Source of the DNA: Protoeuglena noctilucae
Taxonomy: Eukaryota
Assembly (NCBI GenBank): GCA_958009085.1
Contig: OY253668.1
Coordinates: 1,860,001 to 1,924,000 of the forward strand
Reading direction: 5' to 3'
DNA length: 64,000 bases
Shown here: positions 23,699 through 36,877 of the stretch, one piece after another
How the letters are laid out: every line of letters begins with the position of its first letter
Numbering within the stretch: position 1 is the stretch's first letter
Notes under the pieces: generated by a model
The model's input: the letters and a program-made list of their open reading frames with translations, nothing else
The model's database searches: none
Told to the model about the DNA's origin: nothing
Made by a program: the position numbers and the translations under genes

Positions 23699-24740
23699 TC
23701 ACATGCCGTGCGGGTTGCGCCCGACCTGCAGGGCCATGGGCGGGAGTTGACCCGTGATGGGGAGCGAGGACGTCCCCACCGACGTGATGTCGTGGATGCT
23801 GCTGCGCTTCTTGTCCTTCTTGTTCATCTGCTGCAGCCGGATGAAGTACTTCTGCGCGTGGCTCGCCACCTGCGTCGGCGTCCGGCTGATGACGAAACTC
23901 CGGCTGATGGACCGCCAGTCGCCCTTCCTGCGAGCGGAGGGGGCCAGGTCGGCGTGCGGGGCCGCGGAGCGCAGGGGAGGGCGCGGAGTGAGGCCCCTCC
24001 GTGCGACTCTCACCCGAACTTGGCCAGGCCCAGCAAGAAAAGCCGGTGCTCCTCCTCCGTCCACGGGATGCCCTTTCGGCGCTCCTGGTCCGACGCCTTC
24101 TTCTTGGATCCCTGCGAAATCAGGCGAAAGCCCTCTACTGCCACCGAACCGTTGAATAGGGACCAGATGCAGGCGTCGCAACGGCGCGCCGACCCGCGGC
24201 GGCCAAACGCAGAGCCCTCGCGCACGACGCTCACCTTGCCCTCCCCTGCGCCCTCGTAATTGGGGAGGGGCACGCGGCCCGCTTCGATGCTTCGAATGTC
24301 GTCCTCTAGGAGCTTGAACCGTCGCTGCACCGCGCCTGCGACGTGAAGAGAGGAGCGGAAGCGCTGCAAGGCCCGCGACCGTCCTGCCGGGTCGAGAAAA
24401 CTAGGCAGAGCGGAGTCGTCGAAAGAAAGGCCATGAATGTGTTCCGTCACGATGCGCGGCTGGGCGAGGGGAACCCGGGCGAGGCGCGGCGGGCCGGATG
24501 TAGCCATGGCGCCCTAGGCGTGCCCCGCCGCCCGCACCTGCGTCCTTGCCGGGCAAGTGCATGGCGATCTTGGAGCATCTGTCCGGTTCGTGCCAGTACT
24601 CGGCCAAATGCGTCTCGAACACCTTGTCCTCCTCGTTTCTGCAGCGGCGAGTCCATGTGCATTGGGGGCGAGGCGGGGGACCGCTCGCGCTGCCTCCGCG
24701 CTCGCCGCCAGCCTCACGTCCACGCGTCCGCCTTCAGCAT
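23699..24740 (-). CDS. DIVARICATA-like two-repeat SANT/MYB transcription factor
   Basis: [14 protein letters not shown]...[14 protein letters not shown]...[18 protein letters not shown], then [49 protein letters not shown]...RSSIHDIT. Confidence 0.93.
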
Positions 24741-25029
24741 GGCGTCGCGCTCGGCCCTCGCGATTCCCCGGTGGGTTGTCAGCCCCAGCTCCGCCCCGGC
24801 AGGGGTTCAGGCGCGTCCTCCCGCCTGCTGGTAGCATATATGGGTCGGTGGCCAGTCGTCGGGCCGATTCCACTAACCCTTCGCTTTGCGGGTTAAACCC
24901 TTGCCAGAAAACACCACCGCAGGAACGCTCGAAAGGACACACATTCTTCGGGATTGGCTCGCATTCGATCACAGCGAGGACGGCTCCGCATGCAATAGTC
25001 TGTGCAACGCTTAAGGACCAGCCTTTACG

Positions 25030-26657
25030 ATGAAGCTCGGCGACGTCGTGCCCGAGTTCGGTGAGGCGGCGATTGGCTAAGCTTGGCTGAGCGACGAGGA
25101 GAGGGATCTGCGGGGCAGGTCTCGAGAGGCTGGCAATGGTCTGCCGGGGCCCTCGCGGCACCGGATGCGAATGGGCTGTTGCCTGCTTTATCTGTTCGCC
25201 GGGCGCCTCTCCTCATCCGCAGGGCCGGTGGACACATCCAAGGGGCGGATGCAGTCCTGGTGAGTGGCCTGCTGCGGGTGGATATGTCGCGCTTGCAGGG
25301 ATCCAGCGCGCCGTCTTTCCGCATGGGTGCCGTTGCTGGTGCGGCGTCTATGCGGTTAGGGAAGCGCTTGACCGCGCGTCTGTAATGTGTGCGTCATTTT
25401 CTAGCGTGCCGTCTCGCAGGCACGCCGCCATCGGGAACGATTGGGCCATCCTCTTCTCCCACCCGGCGGACTACACCCCGGTGTGCACGACCGAGCTGGG
25501 GACGGCGGCGGCGATGTACGAGGAGTTCCAGAAGCGGGGCTGCAAGGTCGGACCGCATAGCCGGGCGCTCAGGGCGGGCGTACGGCGCCGGAGTGCGTGG
25601 CAACGCGGCCCCCCGCGCCCGCAGATGTTTGCCCTTTCCATCGACTCGGCGGAGAGCCACCGCGGCTGGGTCTCCGACATCGAGTCCACGCGCTGGGCCG
25701 AAGGCAAGAAGGTCGCTTTCCCCATCATCGCGGACGTGGGCGGGAAGATCGCGGAGGAGTACGGGATGTTCGACCCTATGGAGAGCGACGGGAAGGGCAA
25801 CGTGCTCACCGCGCGCGCCGGTGAGTGCTGTTTACAAGCCGGGTGCCATGGGGGTCGCTGACGGGCCACGGGTTGTGCCCACCCGGTCCCAGCGGGGTCG
25901 ACGTGATGCAACGCGACGCCTGAAACCCCTCCCGAGCCCTTGTTCCTGCCAGTCTACTTCATCAAGGACAAGAAGCTCCGCGCGTCGATGCTCTACCCGG
26001 CGTCCACGGGCCGCAACTTCCCCGAGCTCCTCCGCGTGCTGGACGGGCTGCAGCTGACCGACTCCAGCAAGGTCGCCACGCCCGTAAACTGGACGCCGGG
26101 GTCCAAGTGCATGGGTGAGAACAGGGCAGACGGGGTGCAAGAACTTGACTCCGCTCAGGCTTGCGACGTGCGCGCCCAGCTGCGGCGTGTTCTCACTGGC
26201 GCTGCCCAACCACACCCCGACGAGCCTGCCCCACTCTCTGACACTTTCCCTCGCAGTCCTCCCCACGATCCCGGACGACCAAGCCAAGTCCATGTTTGAG
26301 GGTGGGATTGAGTACCTTTCGGTGCCGTCGGGGAAGAAGTACATCCGCATGGTGGCGGACCCCAAGGTAGGGTTGGCCCAACATACCCCATAGCGTGTGT
26401 TGCACCGCGCTTCAACCCCATGCTGACTTGTGCCGTGCTTTCGACTTGGCATTCGACGCTGGTCTGTGTTACGCTCAGCGTCGGCCTGCGCCGTGCTTGG
26501 ACCTCACTCCGCGCCCCTTGCGACGCAGAACAAGCAGCTGGCGCCGCTGGCCGCCCTGGCTGAAGCTGCCATCCCTGCCGCGACTGGGCTGCTGGGCATC
26601 GTGGCGGGGTTCCTGGTGGCTACGCTGAGGAAGGACAGCGACACTGCCAAGCAGTGA
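25030..26657 (+). CDS. PRDX6: 1-Cys peroxiredoxin (Prx6) with C-terminal hydrophobic extension
   Basis: [67 protein letters not shown]; extra last exon at 26529-26657. Confidence 0.92.
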
Positions 26658-26815
26658 GGGGTGGCTCGCAAGGCTGCCTAGAGCATGCCGCTTCCTTGGG
26701 TTATTGCCCGGTCTTTTGCGTTGAATTGCATACAGGCCCTTGAAACGATTGAACCCCGCCGTCGCTGCGCTGCAGCAACGCCCAGCACCCCTCTTGCTAC
26801 CCCTGTTGCCGCCCT

Positions 26816-29800
26816 TCACCGCTTGCCGCCCGACCCCGGCCGGAGCATGGCGGCCGTGCCGAACCGCTTGCGCGCGTCCGCCTCCTTGATCTCCGCGGCC
26901 GTCCTTGCGAGGCGGTGCGTGGCCCCGTAGAGCATCTCAGGAGCCGTGGAGGGCTCCGGGCGGTGTACGGGTACGTTCGTCATGGCGATGAACTGGGGCA
27001 CGCCGTCGATCGTCTTCCAGTGGAGCTTCTTCTTGCTCGTGTATAGATAGAGCTGAAGCGTTTCCCTGCGACGATAGGCACGGGGTCGGCCACATCACGG
27101 TCACAATACACCGACCCTCGAGTGCGCATGTCGCCGTGCCAGCGCATCCAGCGGCCCGTCGCCCTCACCGGTTCTCCTCGTCGCTCGCCAGCGCCAGCAC
27201 GATGTTCCGCGCGTGCCACCGCGCCTTGTGGTTGCGGCTCATGAGCAAAGGGGCCAGGTACCGAAGCACCCCCGCCTGCATCATCTCCTGCCGGTGCCCC
27301 TTCGTCAGCGCCAGCACGCGCAAGCACCCCGTGGCGTACCGCTGCCCCTCCTCCGTCCCCGGCACCGCGGGAGTCTTCTTCTTCTTCTTTTTCTTCTTCT
27401 TGCCCTTGACCGCCCCCGCCCCTTCCACCGGAGCCGCCTCCTTGTCGGGCAAAGGGCCCTGCGAGGTAAGAGGGAGCGAACGGACGGAGGTGGGTTGTTG
27501 CCTCCACCTCAGCGCTCGTCGGCGCTTGTTGAACAACTTGTTGGTTATGAGATGGAGCCCGGGGCACCCAGTCGGCCATCTCTCGCACGCCAAGTCATGC
27601 TGCTCACCTCGGGGCCGCAGCACAGGCTGATGAGGTAGGGCACGGCCCCGGCCTGCGCGACGCGCTCGGCGCGCTCCATGGCGAAGACGCGCATGGCCTC
27701 GTCGACCAGCAGCGACTCGTACCGCAACGTGTCATCCAGAGGGTCCATATCTAAGGCACTTGGGCCCCAATCAGAGATGTCGATGTCGCCCACGGGGCCC
27801 AGCGCCGTGTGGGGACGCGGCGACGGGGGCATGCGCTCCTTGCCGGGGGACATCACCCGCGTGTAGGGGTTGAACCCGGGGGAGGCCGGCGACAGGAAGC
27901 GAGACTGGGGACGCATCGAGCCGTCCAGCATGCGCAGCTGGGCCTCGAGGATCGACGCGGGGCCCAGCTCGCCTGCGGGAACGCGAGGGGTGGGCGCTGT
28001 GGTGAGAGCGAGGCGCATGGGCTCTGCATGGCATGCGAGCCGAGCCACACCAGCCGCAACGCACCGAGCTTGGAGGCGCGGATGTCACCCCGGGGCGCGA
28101 GGGCCGTCTGGGGCCGGTCGGCGAGGGGCTCTCGTGCGTAGGCGAACTGGGGCTGCAGCGTGGCGTAGGCGCTCACGGGTCGTGCAGCCATCTCGGCCTC
28201 CAGCACCTCGCGACGCGCTGTGCCCAGCTGCTGAGCGCGCTGCGGGGCAGGAACACGACGGTCGTTGAGGCTCGAGGAAGGGGGGCGGCGCAGGTCGCGG
28301 TGACCGTCCCGCATGTGCGCGGTGTCTACCGGCGCGTCTAACTGGGTTCCCCACCTCCGGGTCGGGCTTCATGATGGCACGCAGGCACCCAGCCGCCCGC
28401 GCCCTCGTGAGGAGCGAGAGGAGCGGGGCGGGCCCAGTGGCCGCGGGGTCCACGACTTGGGTGTTCTGGTCTGACAGCACGCACACCATGGCCTGCGCAG
28501 AGGTCTGGACAAGGTGGTGTCATGCACTGCGCTGCGGCCTCGTCAGTGATGACACCGCCCGCACCCCGCATGCCGCGAGTCACCTGGATGCCCCCAATGG
28601 CAATGAACTCGTCCCGCAGTGCTGCGTTGCCCGCCTTGAGGATGTAGTGCAGCGAGAGCACGGCGTTGTCCCTCGCCGCCAGATCCGCCACGGCCACGTC
28701 CCGCGCCCCGGCCAAGTCCACCAGAGCCTGGAGGCCCTTGGCTGCCAAGATCTGCTGGTGCGCCCGCTCCTGCGGCAGCGAACCCAGCTATGCGTGAGGC
28801 TTAAGCGAGTCCCTCTCTCATGACACAGCCATGCACCCGTCTGGTTCCTCGCCTGGTTGTCCCGGTCCGTCTTGCTGCCCCCCAGCTCCTCGTCGATCGG
28901 CGGCGCGAGCAGCTCGGCGATGAGATGCGACGCGCGCACGGTCGCCGTGCGGCCCCCGCAGGTCGGCATCTCCTTGAACAGCGTCAGTGCCAAAAGCAGT
29001 GGCCGGAGAGACGCCTCCTTCAGGAAGCGCATCAACTGCGTGCGGGGACGGGAATGGCAGTGAAGGACGGCAGGCATCCACGGCGCAGCAGGCGTCGACC
29101 GAGCGCTGCCTGGCTCACCAGGCGCTTGTTTTCGAGGGCGAGCTCCAGCCCCGTCTGCCACCCCTGAATGAGGTTGCAGAGGACGGCCATGCACTCGGCG
29201 CTGTAGGCCGCGCTGCCCTGGGACACGCCCGTCCAGAGGAGCGACCACGGCCGGAGGGCCGCGAGCGCCTCCCGCCCCGAGTCGACGCGCGTGAGCGTCT
29301 CTAGCAAACCCGTGGCGATCGTCTTCTCGTTGCTGTCCCCGTCCTTGACCATCTTCCACGCGAACTGCACAAGGCAGGGGCGCCTTTGTGTGGTGCATGC
29401 AGGCGAGCGTGCGAGTCCGCCAAGAACCACGCGAGAGCATCCGTACCTCAATTGCACTCTGTCCGATGGCCTCCTCCTTTTTCGGATTCATCTTCGTGGG
29501 ATTGACGAACATCCGGAGGAAGATGGCTGCCTGCAGAGATGAGAACGGGCCGGAAGGCTTGGGAGGGGCGCGCAAGGCGGCGCGGTCACAGCTACGCCAT
29601 GTTTGTTTGCATAACTCGTCGGGGAAAGGCATTCGGGCATTAACAGTGGAAGCATACGCGACCGGGGTGCAGGCATGTCGACAACGTCGCTTCCGCACCG
29701 AGCCGCGCACACGTCCCCCCCGCGGGCGACTTCTGACCGGAGCAACAGTAACATATGCGGAAACGCAAGCTTGCCCGCGCACCTGTGCGCGCCCAATGAT

Positions 29801-29941
29801 GGGCTTCGGGTTATCGGAGGTGGGCCCCTGCAGCAGCCCCGTGAGCAACACCGCGTCCTGAGCGACCTTCTTCAGCTCGTCGGGCATCCAATCCGGAATA
29901 TTGGACTTCTTCTTCTTCCCTTTGCCACCTTTCTTCGGCAT
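26816..29941 (-). CDS. ARM/helical-repeat protein with Lys-rich motifs (possibly flagellar)
   Basis: Multi-exon; MPKKGGKGKKKK start. ARM-like segments: GLQALVDLA, FIAIGGIQ, VAQAGAVPYLISLC, YATGCLRVLA...MMQAGVLRYLAPLL...ARWHARNIVLALA. Confidence 0.72.
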
Positions 29942-30496
29942 CTTTGCCGATCCCTCCCCGCAGTGCCCGGCGTTGCCGAAGTGCGGGCACGGGCCCCGCC
30001 CGTGCCCAGTCGCACCAACGCAGGCTTACAAAGACACAACGACGCTTCTTTGACTACGCACTAAGCTAGTGCGTTCGACTCAGCGGTTCCCTTCTGTGTC
30101 CTGGGATGACATGCGAGAGCCAGCCAAGCTAGGTGGGCCGAGCGAAGCGCACGAGGACAGCGCCGGGGACAGCTTGCCAGTGGAAGTATATGCCCTGCTC
30201 CCCTGGGACAGCCTGTGCGCGATGCTTCATTCATGCGAAAGACTGGCAATCGGCGGACGCATCGCACGGCGGATGGAAGCGCAGGAGGGGGCAGTCGAGG
30301 AGCGCATTCCCACCCTGGGTACATGAAGCTCACGAAGGCGTATCGGCAGTCGCGATTTAAGCATCGCACGACATCATCAGGTGGCCGAGGGGTGGAGAAG
30401 GGTGTGAGGCGCCCGGCTGGCTCCATGCCGCAGGGGTGACGGTCGCGATGGGCGCTGGTGTTGAATTCGCAGCTGTGGGCAGAAAAAGCGACTGAG

Positions 30497-32621
30497 ATGC
30501 CCAGCCAGAGGTCGACTGATGGGGAAAAAGAGCAAGCCTCAGGTGCGAGCCGTGCGCTTTTAAGCTGCGTGTTTCCTCAGCACACCTCCGATGGCACGCG
30601 ACAGCATCTACGTTTCCGTTTCTGCGCTCTCTGCGACCGTGGACCCCCTGCCCTCGCTGGTACGCTGCAGAGGCACCGGCCACGGAGGCCTGCGGCAGGC
30701 AAGCGCGATAGGGGAGCGCTGCAGGACGTCGAAGCCGTTCTATCACGCGCGGGTGAGGTGCTGGTGTAGGCGCTGGGAGGTCTCGCTGGGTTTTAGCTGT
30801 GCATTGCCTGGCTTGCTTTGGCCAGGACACGCCAATGTCTGCTCTGCTCTGCAGAGAGTCGGGAGGATGCCGAGTCCATGCGGCGGCTGCGGGAGGCCGC
30901 CACGGAACACGGGCTGGGAAACCCGGACGTCCGGCGGAGGGCGTGGCCCCTCCTGGCGGGGGCGGGCCGGGACTGGCGTGCTCTCGCACGCGCCGACCGC
31001 ATCGCGGAGCTGGCGGAGGTGAGGGGCTGCGCGATGTAGCGGCTGATCCCCGCCGATCATTCATTGCGGACGGACGCCGGCATGTCGAGGTGAAGAATGC
31101 ACGTCTCGCTCTCCTGTTGTGGATGCCAGACACCGCACAAGGACGCCAGCACCGTGGAAGCCGACGTGGCCCGATCCCTGTGGGCCGCCCCGGAAGGCCG
31201 ACGCGAGGAGCTGCGGGCGGGGCTGCGTCGCGTGATCAACGCGTCTCTGGCAGCCGCATCGCAGGCGTCCCCCGCACGAGAGGGCGAGGCGAGCCGGGCT
31301 GCGTGCCATGCAGGGACTTGCGCCCGAGCATCCCACACCTGAGCACGGTTGGGACATGTCTCGAGGACTCGTTGTCGCAGGTCCCGGCACCCGCCTTCTA
31401 CTACCAGGGCATGCACGACGTGGCATCGGTGCTCCTGATGGAGGTCGGGGAACCGTGTGCGTTCGCCATTCTCACGCGACTCCTCGTCGGGCCTCTCAGG
31501 CGAGCGTGGCATTGCAGCTCGCTCTGTTGGCATACTGCAGCGAGCAACCACGTCTGGTCTACTCCTTCAGTCCTCAGTGCGAGCGCCGCCATCGCGTGCG
31601 CAACAATCGCATGCGCCAACAGACCAGAAAACCACTTGTCCGCTGCAGGGACATGACTCAGCCGTCGTTGGCTCCGACGATGGCCTTGCTGGCCCTTCTC
31701 GAGCGCCTCCTCTGGGCCGCGAACCGACCCTTGGCACGTGCGCTGTCGTCGCTGGACGCGCCCGTGGGCGTCACGCTGGTCCTTGCCATGCCCTGGCTGC
31801 TCACCTGGTTCGCCCACTCGGTCAAGGGACCCGACAGGTGCCCGATGCGCCTGCCGAGCTCGGGTGGCTGGGTGCAGGCCTCCGCCGCTGTCGCCACCCA
31901 ACCAACCGCTCTCCCCATCCCCGTTCCCACCCCAGCCTCCGCTTCTGCTCCCGTCTCTTCGACGCGTTCTTGTCGTCGCACCCGCTGCTGCCTCTCTACG
32001 TCTCCGCCGCGGTGCTCAGCCGCCTCAGCGACGAGCTTCGGGGCGCCATCAGCCGCGGTATCGATTTCCCAGAGGTGCACCGGATGCTCACATCGCAGGA
32101 CGTGGCAGCAGTGGCCAAAGCCGACGAGCTCCTCGCGGAGGGACAAGCGCTGCTGCAGCGTGTGCCGCCAGCCACCCTCGTGTCCGCCCCGATCCCCGGG
32201 CCCCGTCTGGCGCTGCACGCGCCCTTTGCAGAGCGCGCGGCAGACGGAGCCTGGGCAGTGCCCGCTGCCGGGCGAGTCGTGGAGGGGTCCGCGGCGGGGC
32301 GGGTGGCGTGGGCCCTGCGGCGCGCGCCCGCTGTCGGGGGCCTGGTGCCCGCCCAAGCAACGCAGGCGCTGCCGGCCCTCGCAGCGGGCGCGGGGCTGGC
32401 CGCCATCGCCGCCGCGTGGTTGACCGCCCGAGACGCCGACCAGGTGCGTGCTGCTCGCGTCGTGTTGCCGACACACAGCGTCAGTGAGCCAGCATGTGGC
32501 TATGCTGAGCCAGGGCCTCTCTCTCTCTCTCTCTCTCTCTCAGGACTTCATCCCCGACGTGCTCGAGGCGGCGGCTCGTACAGCGCTGGCGGCCATAACT
32601 GGAATTCTCCAGCAACGCTAG
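30497..32621 (+). CDS. TBC1D20: Rab-GAP TBC domain protein (TBC1D20/Gyp8 family)
   Basis: GL..PDVRRRAWPLL, VEADVARS (Arg finger), YYQGMHDVA (Gln finger), MPWLLTWFAH, RLFDAFLSSHPLLPLY; C-terminal hydrophobic segment. Start inferred. Confidence 0.87.
32516..32541. repeat. (CT)n microsatellite in the last TBC intron
   Basis: About 13 CT units forming the polypyrimidine tract before the CAG acceptor. Confidence 0.9.
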
Positions 32622-32654
32622 GTGCCCGAGGCGGGTGACTAGCGCATGGCGGCC

Positions 32655-33172
32655 TCAGTGGCCTGGGGCGCGCGGGGTCTGGGGTGGCGCCTGGGGCTGG
32701 GCCTGGGGCGACGGCGCCGGAGTCGGCCCCTGGCCCTGGCCCTGGCTCTGAATCTGACTCTCCGCCTGCTGGATGAGCTGCTTGATGCCCAGGTACAGCT
32801 GCACGAAGCCCTGCTGGATTTCCACGCCTGCGTTGCTGCGAGCGCGGGACGTTCGGGCCAACGTGCTTCAGGGGACTTGCGAACCCGCGCGGTGACTGCC
32901 CTCCCGCCCGCCCGTGCTCACTTGGAGTTCGGCGCTCCTGCCTGGCCTTGCTGGGAGAGGACTCGGCTGCGAGAGCCCGCCTGCGTGAAGTGGTAGGGGC
33001 GCTGCATGTGGCAGATGGTGAAGGAATGCAAGTCGTCGGAATCTAGATGGGTCGCCTAAATCGCGAATATGTGCTTGATGGCCCTCACGAAGGATTGTGT
33101 ATCGCTAGAGGCCAGGATGGGCACCGTCAGTGCCAGGGCCATGAGGCCCAAGGCAGCTAGGAGCCGTGCCAT
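32655..33172 (-). CDS. Small secreted protein with Gln/Pro-rich tail
   Basis: Signal peptide MARLLAALGLMALALTVPILASS; 3 exons join in frame via GT-AG introns to NAGVEIQQGFVQLYLGIKQLIQQAE...QGQGQGPTPAPSPQAQPQAPPQTPRAPGH*. Confidence 0.68.
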
Positions 33173-33430
33173 CGTACAGGCGCGGGTAGATCGATAGCCA
33201 GGCGATGAGTTGGTGCTCGAGAGGATGTGGGACTGGTTGGTCGAAGGCTCGAGTTTCAAATATGTGGCATCACGCAGGACTGCCATGACACCGCAGGTAA
33301 AACATAGACCGTTACAGGAAAATTCACCCATCGAGGAGTCAGACTGTTCGAGTGTTCTCGTCTCGAGGGCGCCGCTCCTGAAAAGGACTAGCAGCATTTG
33401 AGAAGAGCTGGGGGAGGCGGGGGTGCGCGC

Positions 33431-36400
33431 ATGGGGGCTCGCACCGACGTGCTCGCCGCCGTCGACGAGCTGACGGCGCTCGACCTTCCGTTTGGCGCCG
33501 ATCGCGGTGAGATTTTCACAGCCGAGAGGATCCCGGAGCCGATTCTCCGCGCGGTTCGGTCGAAACGTCGAGTGCTGCTGCTTGCGGCCCGCAGTTCGCA
33601 TCCTGTTGCTCGGCCTCCTCGTCGGATGGATCGTGGGTCACATCCTGTCGATTCTCCTACCCTTCCCACATCGCGCGACCGCTCGCGCTGCCGTAGCGGC
33701 CCTGCATGACATCGATCGAAAGCGCGATGACTCCAAGGGGTGGGACTACGCCCGGCCGTCCCTGGTCGCGGGGCCATGGCTCCTGGTGAGGCGCATAGTG
33801 ATTATCCGCGCCATTTCCCGACGATCCGCACAAAGATGCGCTTCACACATTGCTCTTTTTGGTGGCGTCGCAGAAGTACCACCACTGCCAGCCCCGTTTC
33901 ATTCGCTATCCGGACTTCGACCGGGTCCCGTGGGTCAACGACGCCATCGATGAGCTGTGGCCGGTGGTGCGGGACTTCGCCCGCGACTTCGTCCACCAGG
34001 CGAGGGCCTCGAAAGGGTGGTCTTGACGCGGTTGTGCAGCGTGAAGCACCCTGTGAACCAACCGCCCTTGTCCCCTTGACCCAGAAGGTCAAGCCACTGG
34101 TGGACAAGTACCTTTCCGCCGTCCCCGGGGTCGAGTGTCAGCTGCAAGTGGACGTGGGGGACCGTCCTCCTCGTTTGGGAGGCCTCAAGGTCTATCGCCA
34201 GGACGCGACGGCTGGGGCCTCGGCCAGCCTCGAGGCGCACTTCATGTGGGGCAGCAACATGAGCGTCACCGTGGGGCTCAAGCTGGGAGGCGGCAAGTGG
34301 TTCCTCACCGTACCCCTGGTCCAGTTCTCTGACCTGCTGGTGGTAAGTCTCTGATGGCATCTGTCATGTCTTTCCTCTCGCAAAATGGCACCAACACCTA
34401 GCCCTCCCACCGAAAACCACAACCATCTCCCCCGCACGCAGAACGCCACTGCCCGCATCACCGCCGCGCCCTTCGTGCCACAGCTGCCCGTCGCCGCGGC
34501 CATCCGAGTGTCTTTGGTGGAGCCGCCCAATGTGGACTTCGACCTGCGGCTCTTTGCACCGTACAAGCGAGGGCCGCTCAGATGGATGAACATCGCCCTT
34601 CGCTGCCCTCCGCTGCCCTGCCGCCCACTGCTCTCCTTGCCCTTCGCTGCCCTCCGCAACTCCTGCCGTGCACTGCTCTCCCCACAACATGAGTGACACG
34701 CAACCCGCACCCACCAAGGGCTCTCGACGTTCTCATAAGTCGCCCTTTCCTCCCCTCCGCTACCCGCAGTCTCAAGTCGGTGCCGATTCTCGGGGACGCC
34801 ATGGACCTCGTCATTCGGTTCTTCCTCATGAAGTACGTCGGCTTCCCCAACAGCATCCCTATCGTCCTCGACCCAGCCGAGCTTGCCGGTGCGTCCCACA
34901 TCCACAGCACAATGCGCCATATTTTCTTCTCGTCTTGCACCCTCCAAGCTAGTGACGTTGTTAGCCCCATCTCTCCCCCAGATGTGCAGTTTCTCCATAT
35001 CCAGGGCTCTCCCACGCACTCTCACCCCATCTCCCAGCTGCTCCTCACCGAACCCCTGCCTCACGCACCTCCCCTTTTCGTGCTTTGCCCTCAGAGCCCG
35101 AGGGGCTGGTCACGATCAAAAACCTCCGCGTCCGCGGCCTCCGCTCGCTCCCCATGGCGGGCATCATAGCACTCGACATCCCCGACCCTTTCGTCCGGGT
35201 CAGCTGCCTCCCGGGCCGGCACAGGCGCACCCGCACCATCAACAAGCACTTCAGCGCTCACTTCCCGGGTGAGATCCTGTTGATTATCCACATGCACCGG
35301 GCTGTTTTCGCCACGCGACTGCCCCTGCATTCCTGCTCGGGGGTGTTGCGCTTGAGCCTCGCAGCTGTGCCTGGAGTCGGTCGGACGGCCGCACTCGTGT
35401 AACTTGGCGAACCACACCCCCTTCTCTTGCACAAACCCAGAGGAGTGTACGCTGTTGGTCAAGTCCAGAGAGCGCGACATCCTGCGGCTCAACCTCCATG
35501 ACGACAAGCTGTTTGGGGAGGGGCCGGTGAGCTGCAAGAGCTCACAGTGCATGTGGATGAAATGTTATCCAAATCTCGCACGAGCTGGGGCAAGCTCGTC
35601 GCTCTGGGCCCCGAACATCGCTCCTTTTGGCGCCCAGCACTGGCAAGTACTCTCGGCACACTGCGTCGCTCCCCGCCGTGCATCGCAGGAGCTGTGCGCT
35701 GCCGAGGTGGAGCTCAGGGACGGCAGCGAAGCCATGAAAGCCATCAGCGAGGGGCGCCCTTATACGGTCACGGCCGTGCAGGAGCCGCCCAAGGCGCTGC
35801 TGCATCTCCCCACCTGCGGCGGGGTGCGTGACTCTCGACAGCAGCGACAGTGCGCATCCCTGCTACCCTGCATGCACCCCCGCTACCTTGTGCGCACCCC
35901 TGCTGCCCCCGGTCCCAGTCCTGACCGCCAGCCCCGGTTCCCCACATCCAGGGCCGGACGCCGGGGTATCTGGAGGCGGACATCGAGTTCAAGCCACTCA
36001 ACCAGCCCCCGATGGAGAAGCGCATCGAGTGGGGCCGCACCTTCTCCACGCAGCCCGTGCGGCATTACGGCGTGCTCATCGTCACGGTGCATCGGTGCAT
36101 GGACCTGGGGGACGACGGCATGTCGCCGTATGTGCGCGTTCGTATCTTGGACCGGGAGGGCCACACCAAGTTCAAGGAACGGACCAACCTCGATCCCAAC
36201 ACCGCGGACCCCACCTTCGAGACCAGCTTCGAGTTCGCGGGCGTCACCGCCGCCGACAAGCTCGTGTTTGACGTGCGCAACAGCGGATACGGAGCCTTCG
36301 GTGCGTGGCGGGTCTGCAGGGGTCACCGTACACATAAGAGTGGCTGATGTGAGATGCCACACGCACGGTTGCTCTTGCATGCCCCGCCAGCACCCGCCAG

Positions 36401-36877
36401 CCTCGTGCACGGCACCCATCGCAAGCCCGCTGCGTATCGCCAAGCGCGCCCTCGTCTTTGTCGCAGGCCTGGGGTACCTCATCCGCAAGGCCATGCTGAA
36501 GGCCACGTCAAAGAACCTGGGCACGCTCACGGTGCCCGTGGCGGACGTCGTGGGGCCGGGCAGGCTGGGCGGCAAGCACTTCCTCAAGCAATCCGAGGTG
36601 AGGGGGCGGGGGTTTTGCGATCGCTCGTATGCTTGGAGGGTGGCTGGTGGTAAACCAGGGCTAGTGTGGAACTGGGTATGGCGCCCTGTTAACTGAGCCA
36701 GTCTGACACGGTTGGCGCCAGTCTCATGCAGCCTTTCTTGCATGGCGCTCGCAGGTGGGGCAGTGTCCCCAAATTGTCTTCTCGCTCCAGTGGATCACCA
36801 TCTGGCCCTCCTCGCCACTGACGCCAGAAACGCCGGAGTCGGTGGAGCGGGAAGGCACCTCGGCCAGCGCGCCATGA
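33431..36877 (+). CDS. Synaptotagmin-like (N-terminal TM + SMP + C2 domains) lipid-transfer protein
   Basis: TM ILLLGLLVGWIVGHILSILL. SMP: YPDFDRVPWVN..IDELWP, VGDRPPRLGGLKVY, VSLVEPPNVDFDL. C2: PDPFVRV, SPYVRVRI...DPTFETSFEF. Last exon VGQCPQIVFSLQWI...SAP* ends at 36877. Confidence 0.87.

Noticed and set aside
30056..30426. 8-bp hairpin, GTTCGA motif and short ORFs on both strands
   Set aside because: No tRNA cloverleaf, no coding bias or recognisable motif; probably a divergent promoter/UTR region.
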